Shown here: positions 40,610 through 52,497 of the stretch, one piece after another
Numbering within the stretch: the stretch's first letter is position 1
How the letters are laid out: every line of letters begins with the position of its first letter
Source of the DNA: Ramazzottius varieornatus
Lineage: Eukaryota > Animalia > Tardigrada
Assembly: GCA_001949185.1 (NCBI GenBank)
Contig: BDGG01000005.1
Coordinates: 992,001-1,056,000, forward strand
Length of the DNA: 64,000 bases
Direction of reading: 5' to 3'
The notes under the pieces: model-generated
What the model was told of the DNA's origin: nothing
The model's database searches: none
Seen by the model: only the letters and a program-made list of their open reading frames with translations
Translations under genes and position numbers: made by a program

Positions 40610-43158
40610 ATGGATGGAGCAAGCAGGAAAGAGAATCCCAAGAGGAAGCTGGATCGACTGCAGAACAAAGTCAGCAAGCTGAAAGCCTTCTACGAGTTGA
40701 CGAAGCCGAAACGTAAGTCTTCCTGCTCCTAACTCAGCAGCCCTAAGTATCGTGTCGTTAACCTGGTTATGTAACTTTATAGCTGTTGAACCTGTGCGGG
40801 GCGGTGGCGATGATGAGCGGAAGCAAGAAAGCTCGCCCGACTCAGGCGTCGAAGTTGAACCGAAGTCACATCCGAAGATTCTCCCCGAAGATGAACTGGA
40901 GCATCTTCGTGCACGTCTACGTGCTCAACAGAAAGAGAAGCTTTCGCGACCGGTTCTGTTTCAGACTACCATACCCTCAATGTTACGGCCTGCCGATGTG
41001 CGGCAGCTGTTAATGTACGCTCTGGAAGGTGGCGGTGCTTCGGGAATTAAGCCAGAATGGTGCTCACTCATTCGATGGCAGAAGATCAGCCAAGTTATCG
41101 TCGTGTCGGTGGAAAATATGACCAGAGTCGACTGGGACAAGTATTCGCTGGCAAATCGTCAACTGAGGACGTTCTTGGAGGTATATGGACCATTGGAACC
41201 GCAAGACGAGAAACACCTGTCCAAATGCTTGCTTGAATATCCGCTCAGCATAACACGTCTGGAGAAGATGGGCAGAGGCACGAAGGAACGTCAAATATCG
41301 CAAGGTGATGTTTTTGGCATGTGCGCAGCGTTCTCGCAAAGCGGAAGATGTGATCGAGAGAAAGCCACGGGAGGATGATTATTTCCTCACTGTCTCGACC
41401 GAAGCGCCATATGACGTCTCGATACCGAACTCAAACTAATGTGGTGCTGCAGTGACGTCATGCGTGACTGTTGTTTGTTGGTACTGGGAAATTCACAGCA
41501 CCGTCAGCGTAGTTAGTCGTCCCGAAATCATCCAGCAGCAAAGAATGTTTGCTCTTTTGTAGGTTCTTTGTTTCCGATGTACAAAGCTTACACGCAAATC
41601 TCTCTACCCCCTCCACAGGACGACATTGGGGCAGACTGCCGGTTCGACCTGATGATGAGCATCGAGAGAATGGCCATGGAAAGATTCCCCATCCCGACAC
41701 ATCAGAATGGTCTTGACATTAGCTACTACGTCCCCACGAAAGGTGCTTACGCTCCCGTCACCTCGACGAGTCCTCTTTTCGGTGTCGACTGCGAAATGTG
41801 CATGACAAGCTCACGCAGACACGAACTCACGAGGATATCCATCGTCAACGAAACCCTCCAGGTGAAAATACCATCTTCAATCGCTTATTACTGTTTCCAA
41901 AATTGAAATCTTAGCAAATCTAGTTTTTTAGGTTGTGTACGACACGTACGTGAAGCCCTTTAACCCGGTTCTGAACTACCTGACAAAGTACAGTGGTATC
42001 ACGAAAGCCATCCTCGATCCAGTCAAGACTCGCCTCCACGACGTACAAGAAGCCATCCGGAAACTACTTCCACCCGACGCCATTCTGTGCGGGCAGTCGC
42101 TGAACGGTGATCTACACGCGCTCGAGATGATACATCCTTACGTGATTGATACTAGTGTCATCTACAACCTAACCGGAAGTCCGAGAGCCAAGACAGCTCT
42201 CAAGACCCTTTCGATGGTCTTCTTAGGAAAGAAGATCCAGGGAGCGGATAAGCGAGGCCATGACTCTGTGGAAGACAGTCGAACTACAATGGAGCTGGTC
42301 CTGTTGAAACTAAGACATGGTCCACAGTTTGGTGATGTTTCTCGAGGCTGGGAAATGCCGAGAAGCACGCCAGACAAAGCTGCAGAAAACAGTACCGACT
42401 TAATCAAGAACGAACCAGTCAACGATAAACCAGTAAAGCCTGACGCTGCCGATGAGCTCTCATTTAAAAACTCACTTCCCCCTTCTCAACCTAAGCCGTT
42501 CATAGACTCAAAGTTGAAGGCGGAATCTTTGGAGGAATTTTCAGGGAAGCCCGGTGAGAAAAGAAAAGCCGAAGAATCCCTGCCTGGAAAAAAGAGGAAG
42601 GCGCCAGAAACTCTCGCCGCTGATTTTGTCCAGTTTACGCCAGATACTCCTACCACAAATTGTCACTTCCGGGAAAGTATGCTGAAGTGTGCGGAACGAG
42701 CGAAGAAGACGACCTACGTCGTCGGCAGTAGTGACTACATTCAAGAAGTATCGACGAAGGACCCCAAGCGAGTCCACCACGTCGATTCGACGAGGACGGC
42801 TGTAAAGAACGCTGTCGAGAACCTGCCTAGTCATGACTTTTCCTTCGTCGAGCTCTCGTTGCGGATTTCGGAAGATGAGCATAGGCAACAGGTAAGAAGT
42901 TGCACTCGGGACTTTGATGGTGTTGTAATGCAGAGCCAAAGTGTAGCGCTTTTGCAGAAGAGGACCAAGTCGCTGATCAAGCAAGTACTGAAGCTGTTTT
43001 CAACTGCCGCTGACCGGTCGCTCTGCATGCTGGTGTTGTCTGGTAACCTAGCTTCTGAGTCCAGTGGTATTTGTTGCGCCGCTGTCAAAAACTCGATCAA
43101 GTTTGAAGCTTTAATGTCGTCAGATACGACTTCCGGTCCAGCGGAGGACCCAGAATAA
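40610..43158 (+). CDS. REXO5: DEDDh RNA exonuclease, REXO5/REXO1-like
   Basis: SPLFGVDCEMCMT, ELTRISIV, YDTYVKPFNPVLNYLTKYSGIT, ILCGQSLNGDLHAL, VIDTSVIY, GHDSVEDSRTTMELVLLKL. First exon MDGASRKENPKRKLDRLQNK from 40610. Confidence 0.85.
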
Positions 43159-43471
43159 CCTTTTATTCTTGCTGTTTTCAACCACATCGACGAAAAAATT
43201 CCGTTGAAAATTTTTACCTGTTGTCTCGACTTGTTTGCTCGTCACTCACTAGTCTGACGATTTATTAGGAAAAATAACTCAAACTGAAAACGAAATGCTA
43301 TGTTATAAAATATACGACGAATAGAAGCTCTCCAACTCTAAGACTAAGGCTCGACAGTGTCTGAAGAAACACACCAACTCAGCGAAGAGGCCAAATTACC
43401 GAAATCAGTCATACCGTATATGACTCATACGTTGATCTATAGGTTTGGAATTGTGGTTCTGTGACTTCTGT

Positions 43472-44540
43472 CTAGCGTCCTCCAAGGAGTCCGCCGAGAA
43501 GTCCACCGCCTCCTCCTTCTTGTCCTCCCTGAGCTGGCTGCTGGCCGCCTTGAGCCGGTGGGGTTCCTCCTTGGGCTGGTTGGGCCGGTTGAGCTGGCTG
43601 TTGTCCGTTGTTGCCGCCTAGTAAGCCGCCAACGACATTGTCCACTGTATTGCCAACATTGCCCAGCAGGCCGCGCCTTTGCCTACCTCCGAGAAGTCCG
43701 CCGACCGCTGGAGCTCCGGCCAGGACTTCTTTGGGCACTCGGGCATCGGTTAGTCCCAAGCAGTCGCAGACTCCGGCGACGCAAACAGCCAGTAACTGCT
43801 GGTCACATTGCAACCGTCCCATGCAGGACTTGGGATCGCTCACTGTAAAATGACCTGATGAAGAAAAGGTGTGGAAATCATTTTGCGCGGAATGATCACT
43901 ACTTACAGCCGGGGCAAAGAACGTTGGCTGTTCCAAGGAGACGATTTCCTGGTCCCTGTGGGCCTCCTTGTGGACCATCCTGCGCCTGTAATACTCCCGG
44001 GTTGTTTTGTGTTGTGTTGTCGGTCTTATTGGCTGAAACATCATTACAATTGTCAAGACCGGGTGCTTCGAGTGGATCTACCTCAGAAAGCCGACTAAGT
44101 TCGTCGTAAAATGGGAGCTGGGCAAAAACAAACATACAAGATCACTGTCTCTAGTGGCGCACGTTTCCATTATTACTGGCGGGATAAGGGCGCCACTTAA
44201 GATAGCAATCTTGTGAGTCATGTTTTCCCAGCTCCCAGATTATTTCGATGTTCGAATTATACAGAACCACCGTTCGATGTCATATGTATTTTTAACTTAC
44301 TAGCACTTGGCGGTGGAGGTGGAGGAGGAGCAGAGGAGCTAGGAGCCACAACTGTAAAGGAAAAGTAAGACTGCTGGTTCACCAATATGATTACGGTATG
44401 GCCAAATGATACTCGTACCGATAAAGAAGAATGAGGTTAAACCGCGAGAACGCTGGATACTTACCTTGGGCGCTGGCCAGGACGAGAACGCAGGTCAGAA
44501 CTGCGGAAAGAACAAGCATTTTGGTTGACATCTTTGCCAT
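43472..44540 (-). CDS. Secreted Cys-rich/Gly-Gln-Pro-rich orphan precursor, 4 exons
   Basis: Signal peptide MLVLSAVLTCVLVLASAQ, Pro-rich mini-exon, Cys cluster (LCPGCHF...SCMGRLQCDQQLLAVCVAGVCDC), RQRR site, GLLGG and QPAQ repeats; phase-1 introns. Confidence 0.75.
44113..44237. mobile_element. Palindromic mini-element, intron of secreted Gly-rich gene
   Basis: Core 44155-44195, 27-nt spacer; arms gggagctgggcaaaa / ttttcccagctccc. Confidence 0.75.
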
Positions 44541-45404
44541 CCAAGTAATAATGGTAAGTTTTCGAACGACGAGTTTGCGAGAACAGAGAGCGATACTCTA
44601 CATTTGTAATACATCGGTTTTATAGCGTCTCGGTACTTCTTTTTTGTTGTTTATGATCACATCATTCAGCGATTTTGTTTTGCAGATTGGAAAATCCCGT
44701 TGGCAACCATACTACGATCGTGATTTCCCAAGTGGAGAGCTTGAGAGGTGTAAGTAACGGGTTTGGCGGTTTTGGCCTGTTTCGGTCGCTGATGGGTTTT
44801 GAAGTGTCTTATTTTCTACTGCGCGGGTTGACTTGTACTGTAGTTGTTTGTTCATAGGAGGCTCTCGTTTTCAACCATGGATTTTCGATTCAACCGAAAC
44901 TCAATCGAAACTAAAAAGAAAAAATTGAGCTTCAATGAAGCTTCTATTTTCCCCGCCGGAAAAAAAGCTTCCTTGTTCCTTTAGCGCATGGAAAGGCGGA
45001 ATGGTTCCGACGACCAGAGCTGACAGCCAGGAAGTAAAGCGACCTCACTTGACGCGTGCATGTTCTGGCCGTAGCCCACAATAAATCGCTAGCACCTGGG
45101 CCATCAATCTAGTAAAATATCCCGTTACTGTTAGTATCCCCCCTCCGGACTGGAACAACTGACAGAAATGAGTATTTTAACCAATGCGGATCTGGACAGC
45201 TCATAATTCCCTGTAATTTCAGTGACAATATGTTACTCATAGACAAATTTTTCCCGTTTACCCAGACTTCATACGATAAATCAGTGCTTTCATTCTCAAA
45301 GGAATACTTCGTCCGAGCTGGGTTCTGGCGTTACTAAAACACGAATTTACCTTCCAGCGAGGTTCTTCAGTAGTTTTTGGGACATTTACTCCCGAATAGT
45401 CGAA

Positions 45405-46960
45405 ATGGACCATTTGCCGGTACCAGTACGTCCCCGAGAGTATAGAGAAAAGTCTGCCGACTACAACGATGGACCCGCTGCTCTATCAAGGACTTCGACC
45501 TATCCTCCTTCTCCGCGCAGAGTATCCTTGTTTTCGATTCCTCGTCCTCCGTCTCCACCGGACGAATATCCTGTAGAGTCCTCCAGCGCTCCGACCACCA
45601 CACACTCTTCTCCCGCCTTGTCGCATAGGTCCCGAATAACCATTGCCTCGGAATCCGATTTCTTCTACGGTCGAATTCCGGAGGTGCAGATGTTCAATTT
45701 GTTCTGCAATGAAGATTTTCCCGGTGTGGCTAACTTGTCGCTTTCTCGAGGCAGTACACCATCTGTCAATCGTATGCATCAGGAGCTTTCCACCTTTACC
45801 AGATCTCTGGAAGGACTGAGCTCGAAAGACATCAAAAGCATATTGGTCAGAAGACAACATGAATACGCGGACATCGACGTGAGCGACGACGATGTCAGCA
45901 CAGCACTTCAACCAGGTCCTTATTTTGAGCGACCCAACAACGTGGAAGACTACGTTCGTATCACGCAACGGAAAGTTACCTTTAAGGAGTTTCCACAGCT
46001 GACCGGGAACTACAAAATGCCTTCTCGTTCTCAAAGCCTGGATTACATTCCTGATCTCAAGCCGACCATGCATCTAGCCAGCTTACTCGTCCAAACTTCC
46101 GCCTACCGGCATCTTCGAATGGACTGGGAGGTGTGCAGTGAAGTCTTCTCGCTTCTTCGCCATAACAAAGACGGAAGCATCAAGTACAAAACTGCGTATG
46201 AGACCTTATCCCATATGGGTCTTCATTACATACGAAAGACTTCCGTCATCAGCCGGGAGAATTCTGGTAATATAATTGTTCGAGACAACTGGCGACCAAA
46301 CTCGAGAAGATCGCTTCTCTAAGTGGCGTACGCCTTCAGCCCATACCAATGAGATCGTGCGCCACCAGACAAAACGATCTGCCGACTTTGTTTGCCGAGC
46401 TTTCCAATTGCACAATGAACTTCGATTGTGGTGTTTCGATGGATTTCAGGGGTTACTCTCGAACAGTTTTTCCTGATGTGTCTGGAGTGCCGGAAGCAGC
46501 TGTGTCTCGTAGAAGTGCAAGACCCGTTAGCTAGGATGGCCTTTTGGATGCTGAAAAGAGATGCAACGAAAATGACCAGGGAGGAGGCGGAATTGCTTCT
46601 TACTCGATTCTTTGCAGATGACTTGATCCAGTCGCACATTACAAGCGATGTGAAAGGTCTGGTTCAGTATCTAGATCGGGAAGGTGACGACACTGTGCGG
46701 TACGAAGACTTTTTTGGGATACTGAAGAAGAAACCGAAGACGCTGGAGGATTACGAGCGGCAGGCGGAAGTGCAGAAACGAGTAAGGCGAGTTTTCTCGA
46801 TGACATTCAGCGACCTTGACCTGGCTTCGTCCTGGGCTTTCTCCGTGTATCACTGTAAATGTTGGCCGTCTTGCGGGCCTTACTGTAGGCAGATGTCCAG
46901 TTGTATCCGGGACTGTTTTCACGCTTGCTGCGGTGTCATGTAAACAAAAACCCGGATTAA
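45405..46960 (+). CDS. Protein with disordered N-terminus and divergent calmodulin-like EF-hand C-terminus
   Basis: Long first exon; degenerate loop FSLLRHNKDGSIKY and EF-hand-like YLDREGDDTVRYEDFF. Introns ~46267-46449 and ~46782-46888. Confidence 0.6.
46305..46385. mobile_element. Palindromic mini-element, EF-hand gene intron
   Basis: Core 46324-46364, tggcgta-27nt-tgcgcca; arms agatcg / cgatct. Confidence 0.7.
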
Positions 46961-47005
46961 AAATTAGAAAAAGGCGGTAACCGAGATAGAGAGGAAGCAA
47001 AAAGT

Positions 47006-47078
47006 CGCCCAACGGGGGGCTCGAACCCCCGACATCGAGATTAAGAGTCTCGCGCTCTACCGACTGAGCTAGCCGGGC
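47006..47078 (-). tRNA. tRNA-Lys (CTT)
   Basis: Reverse complement GCCCGGCTAGCTCAGTCGGTAGAGCGCGAGACTCTTAATCTCGATGTCGGGGGTTCGAGCCCCCCGTTGGGCG: 73 nt, intact stems and A/B boxes, followed by a T-run terminator. Confidence 0.96.
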
Positions 47079-47506
47079 GAATCAACTAAAAGGGATTGTC
47101 AACTTTAACCATCAATGACAAAGCACCGCTGAGCCGGCCGCTTTGAAATCTTGTCGTTTCCTGAAGTGAAGGTCTGAAACCCTAGGTCTGCGGAGTGCGG
47201 AGCAAGGTAATCTAGCAACTTCGAAGGCAGATCTTGAACCTTTGTTATAATAAATGAGCTATGGCATGGTGGCAACGAAACCCGCATTGATCACCGCAGG
47301 AGGTTCATCGAAGTGGCCAAACCTCCCTGTCTGAAGTTACCTGGCGCTGAAGACGCTGTCAAAACAGTTGCAGTTGGAGTTATGCTGAGGCCTCCTCTCC
47401 AACGCTCCGAGCACAGGTATGATGAACGTCGGAACGATAAGCAGCAGGTAGGGCTTCATTTCAGCCCGAAGAATCTTCCTCATTAGCGTCAATGGAAATG
47501 CTATAA

Positions 47507-48307
47507 TCAATGAGCCTCGTCGTTAGAATGGCTATCATAAGGCGGAAGCTGAAAGGAGGAGGGATCAAACTCAAGAAGTGACTTCAGAATCAAAGTAGCT
47601 CCGCTATCTTTGAATTCTTTGAGGTCAGCCCTCTCGTCAGGGACCGCAACTACCCTCATCCCGGCGGCCACTGCGGCCTGCACACCATTCAGCGCATCCT
47701 CAAAGACCAGACAGTTCTTTGGATCCGGAGCATCCGGAAAACGTCTCGCACACACGAGGAAAACATCAGGAGCAGGTTTGCCCACCTTTACTTCGGGATC
47801 GTCGCTTGCTAGAACATGGTGCTGAAACATTAAAAGGAAGTCTTTGTGGTTCATCGTCTTCTTTCCAAAGAAAAAGGTATCCGAGCCCGTTGCGATCGCC
47901 ATTGGAATCTTATGTCTGTGAATAATGTCCAGTTAAACTATTGAAATGTCTAGGAGTGTCTCACGGACATACCTATGTAAGTGTTGGACCAGTTTAACTG
48001 CACCGGGGAGAAACTTGCATGTAGGAAGTACGTGTGTCAGCTCCTGGCGTACATGTTTTATGTATTCGTCAACGGTGACAGGCAATCTTAAAGTTTCGAT
48101 GGCCACCAGCGCAGCTTCTCTTTCCTTTCGTCCCATTTGACGTTGCTTGACTTCCCATGTGAAGGCTTTTCCGTACTTGATGCAGTACTCTTCGAGGATT
48201 TGAGTGTAAAAGATTTCGGTGTTGAGCAGCAAGCCATCCAAGTCGAAGATAACGTGGGTTACTGGGACTGGGGCTTTTTCACGAGATGCGTCCGTATGAT
48301 CCGCCAT
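47507..48307 (-). CDS. PUDP: Pseudouridine-5'-phosphatase (HAD family, HDHD1/GS1-like), 2 exons
   Basis: VTHVIFDLDGLLLNTE, PMAIATGS, DDPEVKVGKPAPDVF, CLVFEDALNGVQAAVAAGM. Confidence 0.9.
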
Positions 48308-48809
48308 CGTGATGCTGTTGAAGTCCAGCCGGGAGTTACTAGTGCGTCCTTGGAACATGTCAGCCGAGCATTGTCCGCGCAAGTTAACGACGTCAATCGC
48401 AGGAATTGGTATTTAAGAAAGATCCGCAAATGAGCTGTTTGGAGACTTTGGCCTCGGCTCTGGCTACCGGAACCGGAAGTTAAGGTTGTTGTACTAACTA
48501 AAGTCAGGTACGGTCATGTCATATAAGTTGAACGTAAGGTCTGATCACGTAAGGACGTAAGGCTATATATACTGAAATGACTTTCGTTATTATTAATTTT
48601 TGTGTTTCCAGAATTCTGCTCCATCTATCTGGGTACCGATGTTCTCGCTCGTGGGACAGCATCCTCCATGGGTCCAGCATCGACGTGAGGACCATTGCCC
48701 AGCATCTTCTTCTTTGCGGACAGGGTGAGATTGTACGGACGCTTGTTAGGCGCTACAGCGTTTATGCGAGAAGCTCCATCTACACTTCCCACGCTGACCC
48801 TGCAGCATC

Positions 48810-50294
48810 AATGTCTCGGCGGAGATCATGGTCAGCTATGGCGGCAGTCGCTGTTTCTCTCGGAGGCTATTATCTCTACTCGTAAGAGCAGTGTCGATGT
48901 GTTTGAAGTCGACTTTATGAACCTTATCGTTGTTCCTTATGTTGTTTTAGTGAATACAATGGATGTACTTATAAAAGCAAAGAAGATGTATGGGACATCG
49001 TTAGATGATCCTGACTCACTTTATCGTGATGATGCTCACTGTAATCTGTTTCAGCTGAAAGGACATACCTTTATATTAACGGGAGCGACAAATGCCGGTG
49101 TGGGGAAGGAGACAGCTAGGGAGCTCGCTATTCGAGGTGAGTTGTTTTAATTATGGAGTTCGACTTCCGCCGTGGGCGCATGACAGAGTTTTAGACGTAT
49201 TAATTCTATTTTTCCTTCAGGTGCAACTGTGATACTTGGAGCAAAGAATCTGGATAGGTGTCATCAAGCGAGGCACCAGATTATCACATCTACCAACTTC
49301 CAAAATCGTGAAATCGAGTGCGTTCCACTGGACTTGAAGTCGTTATCGTCAATTAGAAAATTCGTCCAGAACCTACCAAAAGGTTCGTACTTTTCCGATT
49401 ACAAAATGGGTATCGTTCATTCAGTGTACGTACATCATAGATCTACCGGTGGACGCTTTGGTGAATGCCGCGGAAACCATAAAGAAAGATTCTCGCGAAG
49501 AAACGGTCGATGGACTCGAGAAACAGATGGGCGTTAGCCATTTTGGTACGCTCGATTCTGCTTTCTGTAACACAGAAACGCAAATTTCTATCGGTAGAAG
49601 AAACTGCCTTACAATGCTGTCGCGAACTGTGGAGCTAAGATTTGAAGTCGTCGGAGTTGTGAGCGTTTCAAAGTTCGCGAGACAGTGATCCATTGTCCAG
49701 GGTTTCCTTTGCATTTTTAGGGCATTTCCTGCTGACGAACCTCGTGGTCGAAAAGTTCAACACCATACCGGGGCTTCGAATAGTCAACATAGCTTTTCCT
49801 TCATCGAAAGAGGCTTCCATTAATTTCGATGATTTGAACTCGGAGAAGGATTATAATCCATCGCGGGTGTACCGGCAAGCTAAGCTAGCGACTCTCCTGA
49901 CGACCCTGGAAGCCTCGAAGCGGTTCGGACATGGTGTTACCGTAAATGCCGTCTATCCCGGGCAATGCAATACCGAAATCTACCGTCATGTTTCGGGCAA
50001 TCAATCTTTCATCGTGAAAATCCTAATGCAACCGCTGTTCATGTTTCTGTTCAAGTCACCGGAAAGAGCAGCGCAGACAGGTAGGAATTTGTTCGCTTCC
50101 GGTTGGCTCTTCCTTTGTTTCACCGAGTTCTTCTTCCTTCAGTTTTGTACGCTGCTCTAAATAAGGATCTGGAAGGAGTAACAGGCAAGTATGTTGCGGA
50201 CTGCATGGTGAAAGAGCTTCCCATTCGAGAAACGGAAGCTGCACAAAGCAAACGACTGTGGGAAGTATCGAGAGAAATTGTAGAGGGCGTTTAG
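48810..50294 (+). CDS. Short-chain dehydrogenase/reductase, retinol dehydrogenase 13/14-like
   Basis: ILTGATNAGVGKETARELA.RG, LDLKSLSSIRKF, DGLEKQMGVSHF|GHFLLTNL, INFDDLNSEKDY, YRQAK (YxxxK). Multi-exon; start codon uncertain. Confidence 0.85.
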
Positions 50295-50923
50295 TTCGAA
50301 TCTCTGTTCGGTGTTTGCGCTCTGTAATCTTGTTGAAAGTTCTGAGTTCTGACCTCGGCCTTTTATTCTGCTTTTAAAATTTTTCTGCATAATTACGGTT
50401 TTAGCTTTATATGTGGAATGTTCGTTTTGGCAAGACCTTGTGGACATCTTTAATTTTTACTTGTTTTACGTCTGGGTTACGACCAGAGTGTCCATTAAAC
50501 TGAAATTGTCCCGGTGATTGGAAATCGGCGTTGCTCTAGTCGGGATGACTATGTAAGATAGACAAAGAAAAGCCGTTGTCCAAAACAAATTTTAGTCTTG
50601 ATGAAGGAGGCGGCCAGTAAAGGTGGATGACTGGAATAAAACCACGAGCTGCGGAACCATCACTTCGTTTTACCGGATGAGGTCGCGCGTCATGTCATGT
50701 TGCGCGCCTACTGTCTGGCCTTATCACACACTGTGACTTGCATGACAGCCTCGATGTTCTGTCGCTGAACTGGCCGTTTCCCTACCATATTTGATTACGT
50801 CATACGTCCATGTTTGACGACGACCAGCGGGCAAAATCCCAGACCAGATAGTCAGCTGTTTTCCATTTCTGCATAAACAAACTTATCGCACGAAGTTTCT
50901 CCGCAGGCCATCAGGGCATTATA

Positions 50924-52013
50924 GAGTTTGCGAGGACAGGTCAGGTCTCATAAACTGCCATCATATTTGCGACTCTCAGGTTGTAGTCTCAGATTTAGGC
51001 AAATCAACTCCGCCCCAATCAAGCTTTATGAGAGTCATAAGTGCCGTCACCACCTGTGCATGCGAAGAATTTCGCCTCGGGGTCTCACGTTTGTGCACTC
51101 TCAGATCGCAATGCTTCTCTGCCGACCGGAAGTAAAAAACTCCGACCGGATCTGCAGTGGTGTCTTGACTCTTGACCATCTTCTACTCTCCCGAACTCTT
51201 TAAAATTTTGCATGGCACGAAAAGGAGACGACAACACGCACGATAACGCGAAAGTCAAAGGAGGCACATCAAGGACTTATCCGATAACGCGAGGGATACG
51301 CCTGTTTTCTCATTTTCTACTTCAGCAAGTTTAGTGCAGTTTCCTTATGTCTTAAGCCTGGCTAGCCGGCTTTACAAATACCCCCAGACCACATAATCGG
51401 CAGCCTCAACTGGTTGCTCCGGGGAGAAAGCGGCCATCGTAGATGACATGGAATCCTGAGCATTGTTGCTTAATGCTCACTGCGCCGAGTTTGCATGACA
51501 CTCCGAAAGTGATACCGCTCTCGTCCGTCGAACGTCAGCCGGCTAGCCAGGCTACTAGCCTCTGGTAATCTGGAAGTATCCTGGTGCTATGAAGTTCACG
51601 GATAATAGCAAATCTCCAAGCTTGAGTCGCGATTCCTCGGGCATCGTGAAACTCGAAGTGCGCCCCTGAAGTAGGGTTAGATGCGTGTGTGTTATGTCGT
51701 AATCCCCTGTAGAAGTTCGACACCGCACGCTGCGGTCCAAAATCACGAAAGGGGTAGTCTTCAGGCTCCGGAACGCGCAGAGATACGCAAAAGTTAGAGG
51801 GGATAATTTACCGGACGGTCTCAGAAATCGGTCTCATTGAAATTTCAGTTTTCCATGAGACCAGTCGGGCGCGATGTCAGAATCAAAGTCTCGGATTCCG
51901 AGTCGACCAATAGCAGCGTTTCAGCGTGTTCGAGCCGGCTCACGACCCGGCGAAACATCAGACCGAAAGACGAGAGTGGCTTTTTATGAGACCTGACTCG
52001 TCCTCGCAATCTC
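50924..52013 (-). mobile_element. Non-autonomous TIR DNA transposon, copy 2 (1090 bp), inverted relative to copy 1
   Basis: TATA|GAGTTTGCGAGGACAGGTCAGGTCTCATAAA ... TTTATGAGACCTGACTCGTCCTCGCAATCTC|TATA; homologous to 18059-19134 along its length. Confidence 0.85.
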
Positions 52014-52497
52014 TATATTTTGAAGTTCCTTCCGAAAAACGCGATTGTTTTTGACTTTCAGCAACACCACCTGACTTACCTGAGCTGTTTGTCTTTTCAC
52101 TTCACTGCGGCGATGATCGTGTAGACGTGTATCAAAAGTAGGTTTGTTGCAGAAATCGATAATCGTATCGTGTGTTTTGCAGAGTTATTTTTGTAGCTTC
52201 GGAAAAGAGGTCACGCGATCACATAGTGATCATAATTGCACTGCCAAGTTCTCAAGTTATACTGTTGCAACACATTCTTCGCTCCGAATACCACAAGAAT
52301 TCTAGTGGAAGAGCATCGGGAGCTTTAAGGTAAGACCATGTCCGCTCTGAGAGCGCTCATTGCAGATGGTTATACAGTCCTTCCTGGGGAGACCTTCGTC
52401 CATATGCGATGCCTGTTCTTATCTTGGATTCTTTCACGTTATCCATTTTTACAAAAGTCAGACATCTGGTTCATATTCCAGTGAAAAAGTTTCGAAG

